A stretch of DNA of 64,000 bases from Octopus sinensis. Lineage: Eukaryota. Shown piece after piece: positions 11,991-25,769 of the stretch. The notes beneath the pieces are model-generated. The model did no database searches. It had not been told where the DNA came from and saw only the letters and a program-made list of their open reading frames with translations. Position 1 is the stretch's first letter; each line of letters opens with the position of its first letter. A program made the translations under genes and the position numbers. Location: assembly GCF_006345805.1 (NCBI RefSeq), contig NC_042997.1, forward strand, positions 49,166,001-49,230,000, given 5' to 3'.

Positions 11991-13090
11991 TTAACATGAT
12001 GGCGAAGATGATGATGAAGAAGAGGATGAAGAAAGGACGCTGTTGTTTAACCTCAGACCAAAACAGATCAAACAGACTTATGGCTGATGGGTAGTTGATC
12101 ACATAGCTAACTGCTACCCTCGGATCTTTTTTTTTAGATAATACCATGCAGCCCCACAAGTTGGGGGATCATAGTGGGGTACTGACATGTATTTCTTTGT
12201 ATTTTTATTTGAAGTGTAATGTAGAAGTCTGCACATTTTGTAGTGAGACATGCACATTTTGTGACATTGGGTGCAATACAGCCGTTTTGTTGACTGAGGA
12301 AGGCATACATTTTCTTTATATATGGGGTGCAGCAAGAAAGTCTGCACGTGCTGTACTGAAATATGCATGCATCTTTATCGCAGTGCAGTGTAAAGCCTGA
12401 GTGCATACTAAAACATGCATATTTCTTTACACTCTCAGAGTATGGAAGTCTACACATGTTGCTATCCAGACAAGATTGTTAAAGATGTTGCTGCTGTTTA
12501 ACTCCAAGTCATCCTTGATTGAGCTAACCAATAATCAAAGGTATTCCAGCCATGACCAACACAAGCCTTGAAGACTATATAGGACTTCAGTTTCTTGTGA
12601 GAATTTCCTTGTATAAGACAGGGGATCAGATATTTGAAGTTTAGCTGCTATTTCAAGCAGGTTAGATAATAGCATAGAGGTTCCATCATTTGCCTTGTCA
12701 AATGATTTTTCCTCTTCGTGTTTAACCCCAGACCAAACAGACCTATGATCTAAGTGACCCCAAGGATGACCACCCCATCATTTTAAAAGTATGTTGGGTA
12801 ACATTATTTAACGTTCTGTCTTCATACAAAGTGATAATGAATGCTTTGAAGTAAATTTGGCAGTTGTTTTCAGCAGGTCAAACAAGCACATAGCAACTTC
12901 ATTTGTATAAGTCCTCATAGTGACCACAGTATAAGCAAGTAAGCTTCACTTGGAGTGCAACAACTGTTGACCATTTAGTTCCACTAGAATGGAAGACCAA
13001 TACTGCACACTCTAATATGCAGCAATTAATAAATATTGCATGCAGTGTTAATGCAATGAGCCTGCAGAATTATTAGCACACCAGGCAAAA

Positions 13091-13305
13091 TGCTCTACTT
13101 TCTCTGTCATGGTCAATGCGATGACCACAAGCTACATACTTTCCTTCCAAACACTGTTGTAAACAGCAGAAGTGAGCGAGAATGCTAAAACTTAGTGCAC
13201 ATGCACAGCAGAGTTCAGGGTCAGTTTGTGCAAAGCAGCTTCACTCTGCATGCTTTAGCTCTTCATTACTGTGGCAATAGTCCGGATACTTATAGATCAG
13301 ACAGT
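13091..13305 (-). mobile_element. Mariner-like transposon 5' end (TIR plus transposase start)
   Basis: The rc begins GTCTGATCTATAAGTATCCGGACT (mariner-type TIR) and reaches ATGACAGAGAAAGTAGAG (MTEKVE) before truncation. Confidence 0.6.
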
Positions 13306-16105
13306 GTCTATTTATCAGAAAACTGAATGAGAGAACTGAGTTTCTAGAATGGTAGATCTGTGTGGATGGTGGTTGTGGGTGATTTGTATTGGTTTGTATA
13401 TGTAGTGGCTGAGTCTGTTGGAGTTTGCTGCAACAAAATAATGCTGCTCCTTATGTGTCCAAGTGATCTGTCATTATAAATATTTTTTTGCTTTGTTGCA
13501 TAAGTGACATGTCAGAGTGGATTCGTGTGCAGTCTATTATGTTCTCTGTAGCAATACGGGGAGAGAACAGGCAAGCTAGACAGCAACAAATAGAACACAC
13601 AGCTCATTTGTAATAGCTAACAGAGCAAGAAACACACGTATCGGATAAACAGTGACAAATAACAAATACTTTACAACAGATAGCTAATGACAGGTACACC
13701 ACATCACTACCAACAGATAGAACAATTAGAGAGGAACAGCTATGTGGCAACTGATACAGCAGATAGCTAACCACATATGCAACAAACAGCTCAACTAATA
13801 GCAGATCCCTCGTATAATAGCCAGTGATATATGACAGATTCAACAGATAGCTAATCACTGCACTTGAATAGATTAAGAGAATGATTAACAAGCGAGAATG
13901 AAGCAGCTAGCAACAAGTAAAATAGAAATAGCTAACTATTCTTTGGAAGAGTGACACAATAGATTAGCAAGTGACAAACAAGACAGATAGCAAGCAACAG
14001 ACAAAATACACACAAGATTGACTAATCGTAAAAATAAGTGGCAACTAATGGCATAGATAACACAATGTTTAAATAAATGTAACATTTTCTGCCTCTGACA
14101 TTAATCTAGATATTTTATTAACCATGAATAATAAAGCTTATAAAAGATACTAATAAAATGTATCAGGTCAAAAACCTACTTAAGTCTATCAAAGAAAGTA
14201 ACACCATAAAAATCTCTTATCATCATCATTATCATCATCATCTTTTACATCCAGTTTCCATGCTGGTATGGGTTAAATAGTTTGTCTGTCACACACTGAG
14301 TCAGTTCTTCTTCACAATGGCTGATCCCTAGATGGGTCAGATGACCATGTCTTTCTTATATTTACATGTGATTTCTATGCTTGGGTGCCCTTTCAAATAC
14401 CTTTTAACAGAGTCTACTGTGTGCATTGTACAATGACACGAACACTACTGAAGTAGCTGCTATAGTTATATTTTAAACATATTTATTGGGATTAGAATTA
14501 GTTGAATACAGAGCCGAAAGCATGACTGATAAAGCCCAGTAAAATTTCATGACACAACTATTCTTGTCTTCAGTAATTTCTACGAAAATTTAACAGTGGG
14601 ACACTAGTCCATGAAGATATCTAAAAACGAAAAAAGCCATGTGCTGGATGGAATAGAATAATAAAATGTAAACAATAAACCACTGAGCAAAGTCAAGTTC
14701 TGCTTGACTAAATATTTTCCCCTCTCTTTTGCAAAACATGCAAGGGGAACATTTGTAAAACAGCATTTAGTGAAAATGGTTAAGAACCATGCATGGTTTC
14801 TTTGTTACACGTGTATAAATTATTACTATAACTCACTATTACTGTGAGTGAACTTACAAACTGCATTGGATCATTCTAAAAACCAAAGCACATTAAGCAT
14901 GCAGTAAAAGTTTTGAGTGTAGTTGCATGTCCTGGGCCATCTTTCTTTCTCTGTTAAACACAGTACAGGAAGTTATAAAGTAATCAATGAAGGGAAGTAA
15001 AATAGTGTATCTTGAAGCAAAAAGGGTCTGCAATGTTAATTAGATCCTCATTTGAACCTATTTCTCTTGACATAGATATACATCCTCATGCAAAGCATAA
15101 ATATTATACTATCCATTTCTTATAATATTGAGCATTATACTAAGCAACAGAAACAAAGAATTCTGAAGAAAAATATCTTGTAATCATTTGCATTGAAATT
15201 ATGTTGAGCAGGGTGATGAATATTGATCACTTCTGGAGACAATCAGTGGCATCAAAGAGCAGTCTTGTGCTCCAATTTCACCATACAAATTTCATCAGGT
15301 GTGTTTGGATCTTTGTGTAGGGGAATTTATACCAAAGAGGAGAAATGTTTAGGTTGAGTTTAGGCAAATTTTTATAAAGTTATTGCCATGTGAAACCAGT
15401 AGTGCTTTCCTTGAAAAATATATTTGGTTGCAAGTAAGCAACTAATATTCTTGATTGTTAACATGTAGAAACATGAACCAACAAAAAAGCATCTATGCAA
15501 TTGCTCAACCCGCCAGAAATAACCACTAAATTTACCTGAAATCATGATCTATTGTCTTTAAAAAAAAAAGGACACACTGGATAATTTAACCCAAGATAAA
15601 CTGCACCATAAGAATAAAACAAACTGGATGGTGATTGTTAGAACCCTTTTGATCAAAGATCTATTTTGATCTTTGAAACAGGACTAACCTGTGGTTAAAC
15701 AACAATATATGGAAATCAGACCAGCAGCTTTCAATGCCATCTTATATTTGCTGGGTTTTTTTTTTTTTTAATTATTGGGTATATAGCTTTGAATTTGAGA
15801 AGCTACATTTCAACTGGTTATTAAAGACAATTTTGGTTTATGCCAGGAATGAGAAATTGTTTAAATGTACAAGAATGTACATGTACCTATGTGCATCTAT
15901 AACTACATCTTTAGTGTTGGTTCAAGCTCCTTATGCTCTGAGTTCAAATCCCACCAAAGTTAGCTTGCTTTTCATCATTCCCTTGTGTGCGTGGAGGGGA
16001 AGACTCAGTAAAATTAAGAACCCGTCAAGTATTGGTGTCAATATAATTAACTATGCCCTTCCCTACAAATTTCTAGCTTTTGTCAAATTGTCAAGTTATT
16101 ATTAC

Positions 16106-16141
<36 letters not shown>

Positions 16142-16584
16142 ACTACCACAATTATTACTATTTATTATTATATCCCTTTCATGGCTTTGCAAGTAATAAT
16201 ATAATAAAGGGGAAAGGGAAGTTCAGTTCAAGAGTTCCCCCAACTGCTCCATACAAAATATTAAAAAAATAAATAAAACACAATAATGAATGCCAAGCCA
16301 AAAGCAATAAATATTTTCCTTGAAGAACACTTAACTGTGAAGTCATTTATTTTCACTTATAATGAAGTATAAAAGGTAACAAGCAAACACAAAACAAAGC
16401 AAAACCATGTGAAAATAGTTATTCCATTATTCTTCTTTCTGTCACTGGTTTCAGACAATGAGCTGTGGCCATGCTGGGGCATCACTTTTAAGTGTTTTGT
16501 TGATCAAATCAACTTCAGTACTTAAAGTTTAGAACTTATTCTACTGGTGTCTTTTTCGCTAAATTGCTGAGATATGTGGATGTA

Positions 16585-16910
16585 AGGTAAAGACCCCCTT
16601 CAGTCATGAATGACCATGGAATTGCACCTAGAAAGTTCTCCTCTGAGGCAAGGTTGTTTATGGAAGACCAGCAGTCGCCCATGCATACCAGCCTCCCCTC
16701 TCCATGACATCGATGTCATCCCAAGGGAAAGGCAAAGACTGATACAGCTTGGCACCAGTGATGTTGCAACTCATTTCTACAGCTGAGTGAACTGAAGCAA
16801 CATCAAAATAAAGTGTCTTGCTCAAGAACACAACACAGCCCGGTCTGAGTATCGAACACACAACCTCATGATTGTGAAACTGATGCTCTAACCACTGAGC
16901 CATACACCTT
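16585..16910 (-). mobile_element. tRNA-derived SINE, family B
   Basis: The rc head reads TGGCTCAGTGGTTAGAGC...GTTCGATACTC, then CORE-like GTGTTCTTGAGCAAGACACTT. Related copies at 930-1228 and about 47500-47670. Confidence 0.85.
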
Positions 16911-16924
16911 CATGTGGATGCCAA

Positions 16925-17225
16925 TCATCATTATCATCATCATCGTTTAACGTCCACTTTCCGTGATGGCATGGGTTGGACGGTTTGTCTGAGGACTGGC
17001 GAGCCAGAAGGCTGCACCAGGCACCAATCTAATCTGGTAAAGTTTCTACAGTTGGAAACCCACCCTAATGCCAACCACTTTGAGACTGTAGTGGGGGCCT
17101 GTCAGGTGGTACTGGCATCAACCACGCGTGAATGGTGCTTTTTAACATGCCACTAGCATGGGAGCCAGTCTGGTGGGACTGGCATCGACCACGCTCAAAT
17201 GGTGCTTTTTACGTGCCACCAGCAT
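16925..17225 (-). mobile_element. RTE-LINE/SINE 3' tail copy
   Basis: (CAT)n followed by the rc of the GGCACGTAAAAAGCACC/GGCATCCAGC body. Confidence 0.8.
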
Positions 17226-17438
17226 GCCAATATCAGTTGTTAAAAGAAGGTGCATATACACACATGATAGACTTCTGAGCAGTTTTCATATAGCAAACTC
17301 GCACACGAAGCATCAGATAGCCAAGGGAAATAGATGACACTAGCCGAAAGTGCTCTACAATGGGACTGAACCTGAAACCATGTGGTTTGTACGCCAAAAT
17401 TCTTCAACCAAGGCTGTGTTTATTCAAAAAAAAAAACA

Positions 17439-17638
17439 TTACGGAGATGTACTTGCATAGCAAGGGACCTGATCTGAGATCGTGTATTGAAACTAAAACA
17501 ATTGCAGCATGGAAGGTGTTTATAAGCCATTTAAAAAACATACAAAAACTGTTAGATTCGTTACAACATTTAAATTTAATTAGTCAAAATATTTTTGTCG
17601 CTTTGAAACCATGACCTGTAGACTGACAAAATTCCATG
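17439..17638 (-). mobile_element. PLE-like terminal repeat (family of 5496-5716) with a decayed hammerhead-like fold
   Basis: Shares CAATTGCAGCATGGAAGGTGTTTATAAGCCATTT with the 5.5-kb copy. The rc of 17583-17630 reads TTTGTCA GTCTACA G GTCAT..GCGAC AAAA ATATT T TGAC. Confidence 0.5.
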
Positions 17639-18277
17639 CAAAAAAAAACCAGTTCTCTTCTTTCCATAATTCAGTCTTCTACAAAGTAACAGCTCATCAA
17701 GTTCCAAAGATTTTTAGAAGAGAGAAAGAGTGGGGGGTTGAGTAAGGAAGAGTTCATATAGCAGAATGCAACAGGAGAGGAAAGTATGTTTCAACACCAG
17801 CACAAACACCACAAAAAAAAAAGTCCTAAATTCTAGCAAGTCTTCAACTAGGCCATGATGACATTCCAATTTGATGTGGAGCAGTGATGTATTTATACAT
17901 TTATTTTATTATTTGTTAAGGTTTCTCTTGTTGTCAGTAAAATATTTTAATTGGTGAAAAAGCAGTCTGCTTTGACTTAAGTGAAATCACAAAGGAGCCT
18001 GAAATGTATTCTATAATTGATATACAATAAATGGATTTAGTGAGAACCGCCAAGGCAAATGGAAAATCAAACAAATAAATAAATGGATAAATTAGTAAGC
18101 TATATTTTAAGCAGTAAAAATTTACTAATGTATTTACACACAGATGGGATGACAATGATAGGGGTGGATAGTATAGTACCATGGAATATCAAGTCTGATT
18201 TTAACTAAGAGAATTTAACTGGAAACTCTAAAATGTTTAAGGATTAAATTTGGGGCCATTGAAAACTATACTCTCTT

Positions 18278-18635
18278 TTCTCTTTCTCTTTTACTTGTTT
18301 CAGTCATTTGACTGCAGCCATGCTGAAGCACCACCTTTAGTACATATTCTATTGATCTTTTTGCCGAACCGCTAAGTGACGGGGACGTAAACACACCAGC
18401 ATTGGTTGTCAAGCAATGCTAGGGGGACAAACACAGACACACAAACACACACATACATATATATACATATATACGACAGGCTTCTTTCAGTTTCCGTCTA
18501 CCAAATCCACTCACAAGGCATTGGTTGGCCCAGGGTTATAGCAGAAGACACTTGCCCAAGGTGCCACGCAGTGGGACTGAACCCGGAACCATGTGGTTGG
18601 TAAGCAAGCTACTTACCACACAGCCACTCCTGCGC
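18278..18635 (-). mobile_element. Family A SINE
   Basis: Reverse complement of the family A consensus with a small internal deletion. Confidence 0.9.
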
Positions 18636-18961
18636 TATAGTTTTTTTTTTTTTTTTTTACAGCCAGACATCTGACTAGGGAAATGAAGTGAAAATGAACC
18701 CTAGTTTTAATCCCTGACAAATCGCAATAAGCAGAGTTATGTTGTATTGTTGGAAGAACATTATAATGTCTGTGATTAAATAAGAACTCATAGGATCTGT
18801 AGTCAAATACTATGGCTTCATATAGCTACCTTGTAAAAGTTTGCCACACTAGTTTCCAAAAATATGCACTTAACTGTCTCCAACAAATCAATAGTTCATG
18901 GATTATTTGTCAAATCTATAACCTTATAAGTGTGTGTACGTGTGTGTGTGTGTGTGAGAGA

Positions 18962-18993
<32 letters not shown>

Positions 18994-19897
18994 AGAAAAG
19001 TATATATGCTGTTAATGTTTGCTCTCCAGAATCAATTAATTAGTTGTGTATGGATAGATCTTTGCATATACACTTAAATTTTTTATATTTATTTAAGAGA
19101 CTTGAAATTTTTTTAATGGTGCACCATAAGCAAGTGGAATATGCCTAGTCTACAATAAAAGGCTTTTTCCTCAAAATTTATCTTCATCTCACATACATGG
19201 CTGTGTGGTGTCACTACCCAGCACCTTGGGTAAATGTCCTTTATTACAGCCTCTGGCTGACTAATCTTGAGAAAGAATTTGGTAGATGGAAACCTTCCAC
19301 CCTTCCTGTACTGCTGCTAACCACATCATCCTTCCTGAGCCACTCCTATTTCTTTTACTGACCCCCACCATCACCAAACTGATATTTACAGATAACCATA
19401 CCTCCACCCTTGTTCACCATTCACTACCCTCACCTCATCCCCCATCTCTAATCATCTGTGGCCCTCCTCTCACACTCTTACATACTTATGCAAACACCCA
19501 CACCAATCTTCTGTCCAAATTCTTTCCCATCCTCATATTCTTGTCTCCTGAGAGACATATACTCTGAGACCCCATTCCTACCATTTTTATCTCACTTTCC
19601 AGCTGCTCTCACCTTTCTATAACAAAGTTGTTTTGGTTTTTTTTTAATTCACTCTTTATCTTCTTAGTTTCAGTCATTACACTGTGGCCATGCTGGGGCA
19701 CTACCTCGCTGGATTTAGTCAAACAAATCGACCCCAGTACTTTTCTTTTTTCCTAAGCCTGGTATTTATTATATCAGTCTTTTTCTGTCAAACCACTAAG
19801 TAATGAAGACACTAGTTGGGGACAAACACAAATACACACACACATACATAATACATACAGATATGTACACACACACACACTCTCTCTCCATATATAT

Positions 19898-20755
19898 GCA
19901 GGGTGCGGTGAATAAACTGTTGTCTAAATTACGCAAAAATGAAAATAACACTGACATCTCATTTTAACAAATAGATTTACCAAAATTACAAAAACATATC
20001 TTGAAGTACTAAAGAGTAAATTTATTCAATAAAATCGCCTTTGGCTTCAACCATGGCCCTCCAGATGACTTCGGAATCTTATCCAACTCTTCTGGATAAT
20101 TTCCTTGTTTAAGTTGATGAATGCTGCCGTAATCCTTGCCTTCTGTTCATCTTTGGTGGTACTAGGAGTTTTGTTGGTCTCTCACACAAGTGCATCCCAC
20201 ACATAATAATCAAGGGGTTGCAGTCAGTAGTGTTAGGTGGCCAGATGTTAGGGGTGATGAGGTCACAGAAATTGTCTGACAGCCATGACTGGGTTCTCCT
20301 GCTTGTATGGCATGGTGCAGAGTCCTGTTGCCAAACATAGGGTCTTCTAATAGCCACCCTCTTGATCCAGGGCAGCACTTGATGTAGGCCTTCATGTTGA
20401 GTCTGAGGCCGTGTGGGAAGATGAATGGAGGCATAATGTTACTATCACTAGTGATCATTCCAAACACCATGATGTTGACTGGATGTTTGATTTTTATCAC
20501 TCTCAATACTTGTCCTCAGATTAACACCCAAACACTGAAATATTTGTATTGGAGTTTCCGATACGGATGCCAAGTAGTACAGCATGTTCTTTCCAAATTT
20601 CCGGTAGCATGAATTGCGTCATTGTGCTGTTTGTCTCACAGATGGTGCCCAGCTGAACCTACTCTACTGTGTAGTCGACAAAATCAAAAACAAACAATGC
20701 ATATGCACAAAATTAAAAATATAATATTGCAACAGTTTACCCGTTGCACCCTCTG
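19898..20755 (-). mobile_element. Internally deleted Tc1/mariner transposon (DD37D/maT-like), transposase pseudogene
   Basis: TIR-like AGGGTGCGGTGAATAAACTGTTG and rc AGGGTGCAACGGGTAAACTGTTG. Fragments IMVFGMITSDSNIMPPFIF and VWQQDSAPCHTSRRTQSWL...WPPNTTDCNPL, with frameshifts. Confidence 0.88.
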
Positions 20756-20798
20756 TGTGTGTGTATGTATACACACAATTATATATACACACACATAT

Positions 20799-20866
<68 letters not shown>

Positions 20867-21687
20867 ATATGTATATAGATATATATATAACACATCTTTT
20901 CATTTCCCATCTACCAAATGCGCTTAAAAGGCTTTGGTTGGTCTGATGTACAAGGTGCCATACAGTGGAACTGAACCTGGAACTATGTAGGTGTGAAGCA
21001 AACTTTTTACCACAAAACCATGGCCATGCCTTATAATAAAATGTTTAAAATATTCTTTTGAGGGTATGGAAATTCAGTTTTCCTCTGGTGACAGTATTTC
21101 TAGAGCTGAGGAAGAGTTAGAGAAAGAATTAGAACTTGCAAAAATTCCAAGAATATAATCATCCAGTATAAAAATGTGTTGACAGTTTGTTATACAAACC
21201 ACATGCATACACCCACAATGAGAGAAGAATAATGTGGAGGGTGCATTTGAAGTATTTATCAGTAGTTTTGCTAAGTTGGGATGGGTCTTGATTAATAGAG
21301 ATAGTAAAATTAGCTAAAGAATTGGTAACCTAAGCATTTTATGTAGAAGTTTGTGTGAACCAGAAGATGCAGGGATGAGTCAGTTCATGTGTGTGAGATT
21401 TGGTGTCGGTGTAGGTGTATAAGAAAGTTTGTGTGTGAGAATGAATATCCTGGCATTTTTGTGCTCCTTAAAAAAATTTCAAGTTTCCTCAGCAATTAGT
21501 ATAAAAAATGTAAAACAAACAAACAGAAACTGAGCTTGGGTCGAGAGTGAATGTTAGCCCCCCCCCCCCACACACACACACACACCATTACACACATGTG
21601 TTTGTTTTACTCTCAATATTACAGGTAAAGCAAGTGACTGATGAAGATAAGTCAGAAAATTCAAGAACAAAATATTACAAAACTTAC

Positions 21688-21818
21688 CGAGCACCAATAG
21701 CAATATCCGAAATGGCATAGAAGTAAGAACGTAAAACCTGTGGATCTCCAAATACTTCATCTCGGAAAGTATTTATTCTGTTCAATGTAATCCTTATGTC
21801 AGTGGCAGTGACAAAATC
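21688..21818 (-). CDS. LAMC1: Internal exon of a laminin gamma-chain gene (C-terminal part of the LN/domain VI)
   Basis: Minus strand reads polypyrimidine ...ttctattttttccaaag|GAT...GCTCG|gtaagt. The 131 nt are open and translate [43 protein letters not shown](R). This matches the laminin gamma motif WVTATDIRxTLNRLNTFGDEVFxDPxVLKSYxYAISDxAVGxR better than netrin. Confidence 0.93.
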
Positions 21819-23083
21819 CTTTGGAAAAAATAGAAGATAAAAGAAAAGATTAATAAGAATTGGTTTCCTAAACTATTTTAAAAAATCATTAATCAAAGGA
21901 ATTAGGTTAGGTTAATGATTTAAACACAATACTTAAACTTATTTTATAAACACTGGAAAGATATTTGGTGGTACTGACAAAAAGCTTATTGTCAAGAGAT
22001 AAGAGGACAATCATGGACATGTGTTTCCATTTCACAGACATCATCAGAACATCACCTGTCCAACATTGTTTCCAATAGCCAAGGGATTCGGACATAAACA
22101 AAAAGAGTAGAACACATACATGGCCTTGGTAATTTGTAAAATTTAAGCAACGATGAATTAAGAGAAATGACTCCGAGTGGCCAGTGGCATGTATTTGAAC
22201 ATAACTACATCATCATCACCATTTAACATCCATTGTCCATGCTGGCATGGGTTGGACAGTTTGACCAGGGTTGGCCAACTGAAGAACTGCCCAGGTTTCA
22301 TGTGTTGTTTTAATATGGCTTCTACAGTTGGCTGCCCATCCTAACAACATCATCCACTTTACATAGTGTGCAAGGTGGCTTTTTACATGGAACTGCACAA
22401 GTGCTTTCACTTGGCACCATATCAGCGCTTTGACATGGCACCAACATCAGTGCTTTTTACGTGGCACCGACACAGGACTCTTTCAAGCCAATCCTCTTCA
22501 CCAAAGGGAGCAGCCTTAAATGCCATACAACATAAATTCATGATTTATTAAATTTATTAAAATTCCTCCACTGAAGCCTATCCAACACAGCCATATTTTT
22601 TTCTTCTCGTCACCCCCACTATCTTACCACCCAGTTTTTCTTCCACAATTCTTTCATCCAGAATGCTAATTATTTGAAGGTAATATACATCATCATCATC
22701 ATCATCATTTAACTAATTCAGCAAAGCAGAAGCTGTTATAGTTTCAATAGGATACACAACAAAAGTGTGTTTGTAGGGTCAGTGGTTGTAATATATTGAT
22801 GAGGGGCTGTTTATTTCATGCTTTATAAAGACTAAGCTTTCTCTTTACCCTCAGAATATACAATGTTGCAAATCTTTCTTCCTTCCTAAACTAACAAAAA
22901 AAAAAAAAAATGAGGTATCATCCCTATGAGATACGATGAGGTATAGCATATGTAGTGAATTTGTGAGGGTTTTCATTTGGACATAGCTTGAGAGAAAATA
23001 GCCAATTTCATAGAAACAAAGTAGAATATGAACTCATAACTTCTGTCCAAAAGCTGAGTACAGTCCACTTTATCTACTCAGAA

Positions 23084-23115
<32 letters not shown>

Positions 23116-24172
23116 CACAACAACAAGCAGTAGTAGTAGTAGTTATGTAACAAATAGGCAACAAACAGAGACAAAAGAACATTTTCAAATGACAAAATGA
23201 AACATTTTTCAAAGGCATAATCTTGATGTTGGATTTGAAATGTTACTGGTTTAACTTAGTTTATTGCCATTATCTTGTAAAATACAATAGAAGAATCTTT
23301 GCATAAGCAGCAGGTACACATATTGTTTGTAGACAAAAGAAAAAGGTGAAAAATATTATAGGAATTTTATAGTATATATAACACTGAAACAAGACAGACA
23401 TTATTCAAAATATAATTCATTTTTCTGAACAACTATGTTTTGTTCTTCTTTCAGGTAAAACTACATGCAGAGTTTAGATTTAAGTTGATAAAACTGTTGG
23501 AAGTGTAGATTAATATGGTTGGAGACACAAGCACAAAACAGTATGACCTAGGTTGTATTCAAGTCATTTCTGAGATATACAGATAAACAATATTCCTGTA
23601 TTGTGAACACTATGTATCAATGACAGAACAAAAAAAAATTTAATTAGTGAAGATGATGATTTATAGACTTCAAAAGCAAAGCAACCTTTAGTTATATATA
23701 CATGTTGTGTGAAGACAGTTAATACAAGGGAGATAATTATTTCTTGATAATATTTGGTGGGACTAAAAGTTTAAATTGGAAATTAAGGAAACTAAAGAAA
23801 GAGATGCATAGAATACAGATATTTAATTTCTTTTTTTTTTATTGCTTGCATATTACAAAGTCCTTAAAAATTCTAGGCAGTGATAATCATGCATAACACC
23901 ATTTCATTCTTTTTAGAAATCATCAGCATGACAAATTAGGGACTACATGTTTTAAGCAGTAGATCTTTCAACAATGAAATGAGACGATCTTAGTAGCATG
24001 ATAATAAAATAATAATCACTGTGGTGACATATCAAGATATATATTGTCTGCAATAATTGCAGTGAAAGGCAGGAACAAAAGCAAGAGTAATTATAAGCAG
24101 ACAAGAGTTGGAAATAACAGGTGTAAAGAGTTAAAAAAGGTCCTTCATATTATTTTTCTTACATGTGTAAAA

Positions 24173-24567
24173 TCTTTATATATAAAAGTGAAGTTGTGTG
24201 TCTGTCTCCTACGATTTGGATTCCTAACTACTCCCACATTTTGCGGTGCAGTTTAACCAAAATCGGGTATCTTATAGTCGTGATTCATATCGAGCCCTTC
24301 TGGGTATTAGCGCACATCTACGATGAGTCTATGATTTTAAAAAAAATTTACCATCAATTTTTCCCATTTTTAATGCATTTTTGGCATATATAAGGGAAGT
24401 AACTCACTAAAAATGTATTATTAAATCTCAGAACGTAAAAAGCTACAGTAATACCCCCCCTCTTTGTGGTTAGCCATATTGAGATGGCTATTACACTTTA
24501 CATCTCTAAAAATGCTTATATAGTTATTTCCCTTACAAACGCGAGCAACACCAGGCGATACTGCTAG
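24173..24567 (+). mobile_element. Non-autonomous Helitron
   Basis: A|TC start, subterminal GC hairpin, CTAG|T end, no TSD. Close copy at 35778-36176. Confidence 0.85.
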
Positions 24568-25699
24568 TATTTTATAAAGCGAAAGGAAGCTAAAAAAATC
24601 TATTGCCATCAATACTGAATTTTAATTAAAAATATTGCATCAGAAGAGCCACATGGCAATGTGATTACAATCAAGGGGAATTCTATCCTAGAATCTATAA
24701 GGCTTATAAATAATCCTTTTTTATTGTTTCTGTCATTGTCATATTGAATAATACTTAGCTAATTTTCAAGTAAGTTTTAATTATCAGAATAACCACCCTC
24801 TCCCCCCCTACACGATACGTACAATAGAGATAATCGACCCAACATATTTAGAAACATATTTCCAAGTTGTGAAACGTGAAAGTTCAATCTGGAGAAGAAA
24901 AGAATGATAGAAAGAAAGAAAGAGAAATATCTCCTTTACTTGACACGGGAAGAGAATAAATATGTAGAAAATGTCCTGAAGAATCTATCACCCAATGTAT
25001 ATTCCAGTTATTTATTAACAGCTGTTTTAGTAGTAGTAGTAGTAGTAGGAGGAGGAGGAAGAGGAGGAGGAGGAGGTGGTGGTGGTGGTGGTCACTGGAA
25101 CATAATAAACTGAAACATCAAAAAACCAGCAAATTCAAAATGTAAGATATTTCAGCAACAAGAGATAGCAATGAGTACCACTATGAAAAAGAAAAAAAAT
25201 CCCACTAAGTAGTTTTGATACCTGATTTGTGGTATTTCACTATATTTATGCAACTCATACCCGTGGGAAATCTATGAAAGACAAGCATTCCCATTCCCCT
25301 TCTTCCCCTAACCTATAATGGCCTTTACACTAAGCAAAAAGGAAAAAGAAAAAATTAGCCAAGATTTTCTATTAACAAAGATTATATGAATGATTGTATG
25401 TTTACCATTCTTAGTTCACAGCTGAAATAAAGTTTAATTGTGAAACTGTAACACAGTTTATATTAGAAAAATTCATTTTTTGCTTTTTATTTGTTTTCAA
25501 GATTATAGCCACTTGCAAAACTGAAATTTTAGTAATTTTTTAATACACACACATACGTTTGTGATAATGAGGTCAAACCAAATAGTAACATTTTGAAGTC
25601 CTTTAATATGTACATTTGAGGTCTGCATTAATATATCATAAGAAATGCATCCATTACATAAGACCTTCCTTAGTCAAAACATTTCAAAATATGAAACAA

Positions 25700-25758
<59 letters not shown>

Positions 25759-25769
25759 GTATATATAAG

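Noticed and set aside
14851-14885. Possible 18-nt minus-strand micro-exon (ttttag AATGATCCAATGCAGTTT gtaagt)
   Set aside because: It does not encode the expected CKCNGH continuation, and such motifs occur by chance in 64 kb.
21554-21760. Listed 68-aa ORF overlapping the exon
   Set aside because: It is in the wrong frame. The laminin-like frame is the one bounded by splice sites.
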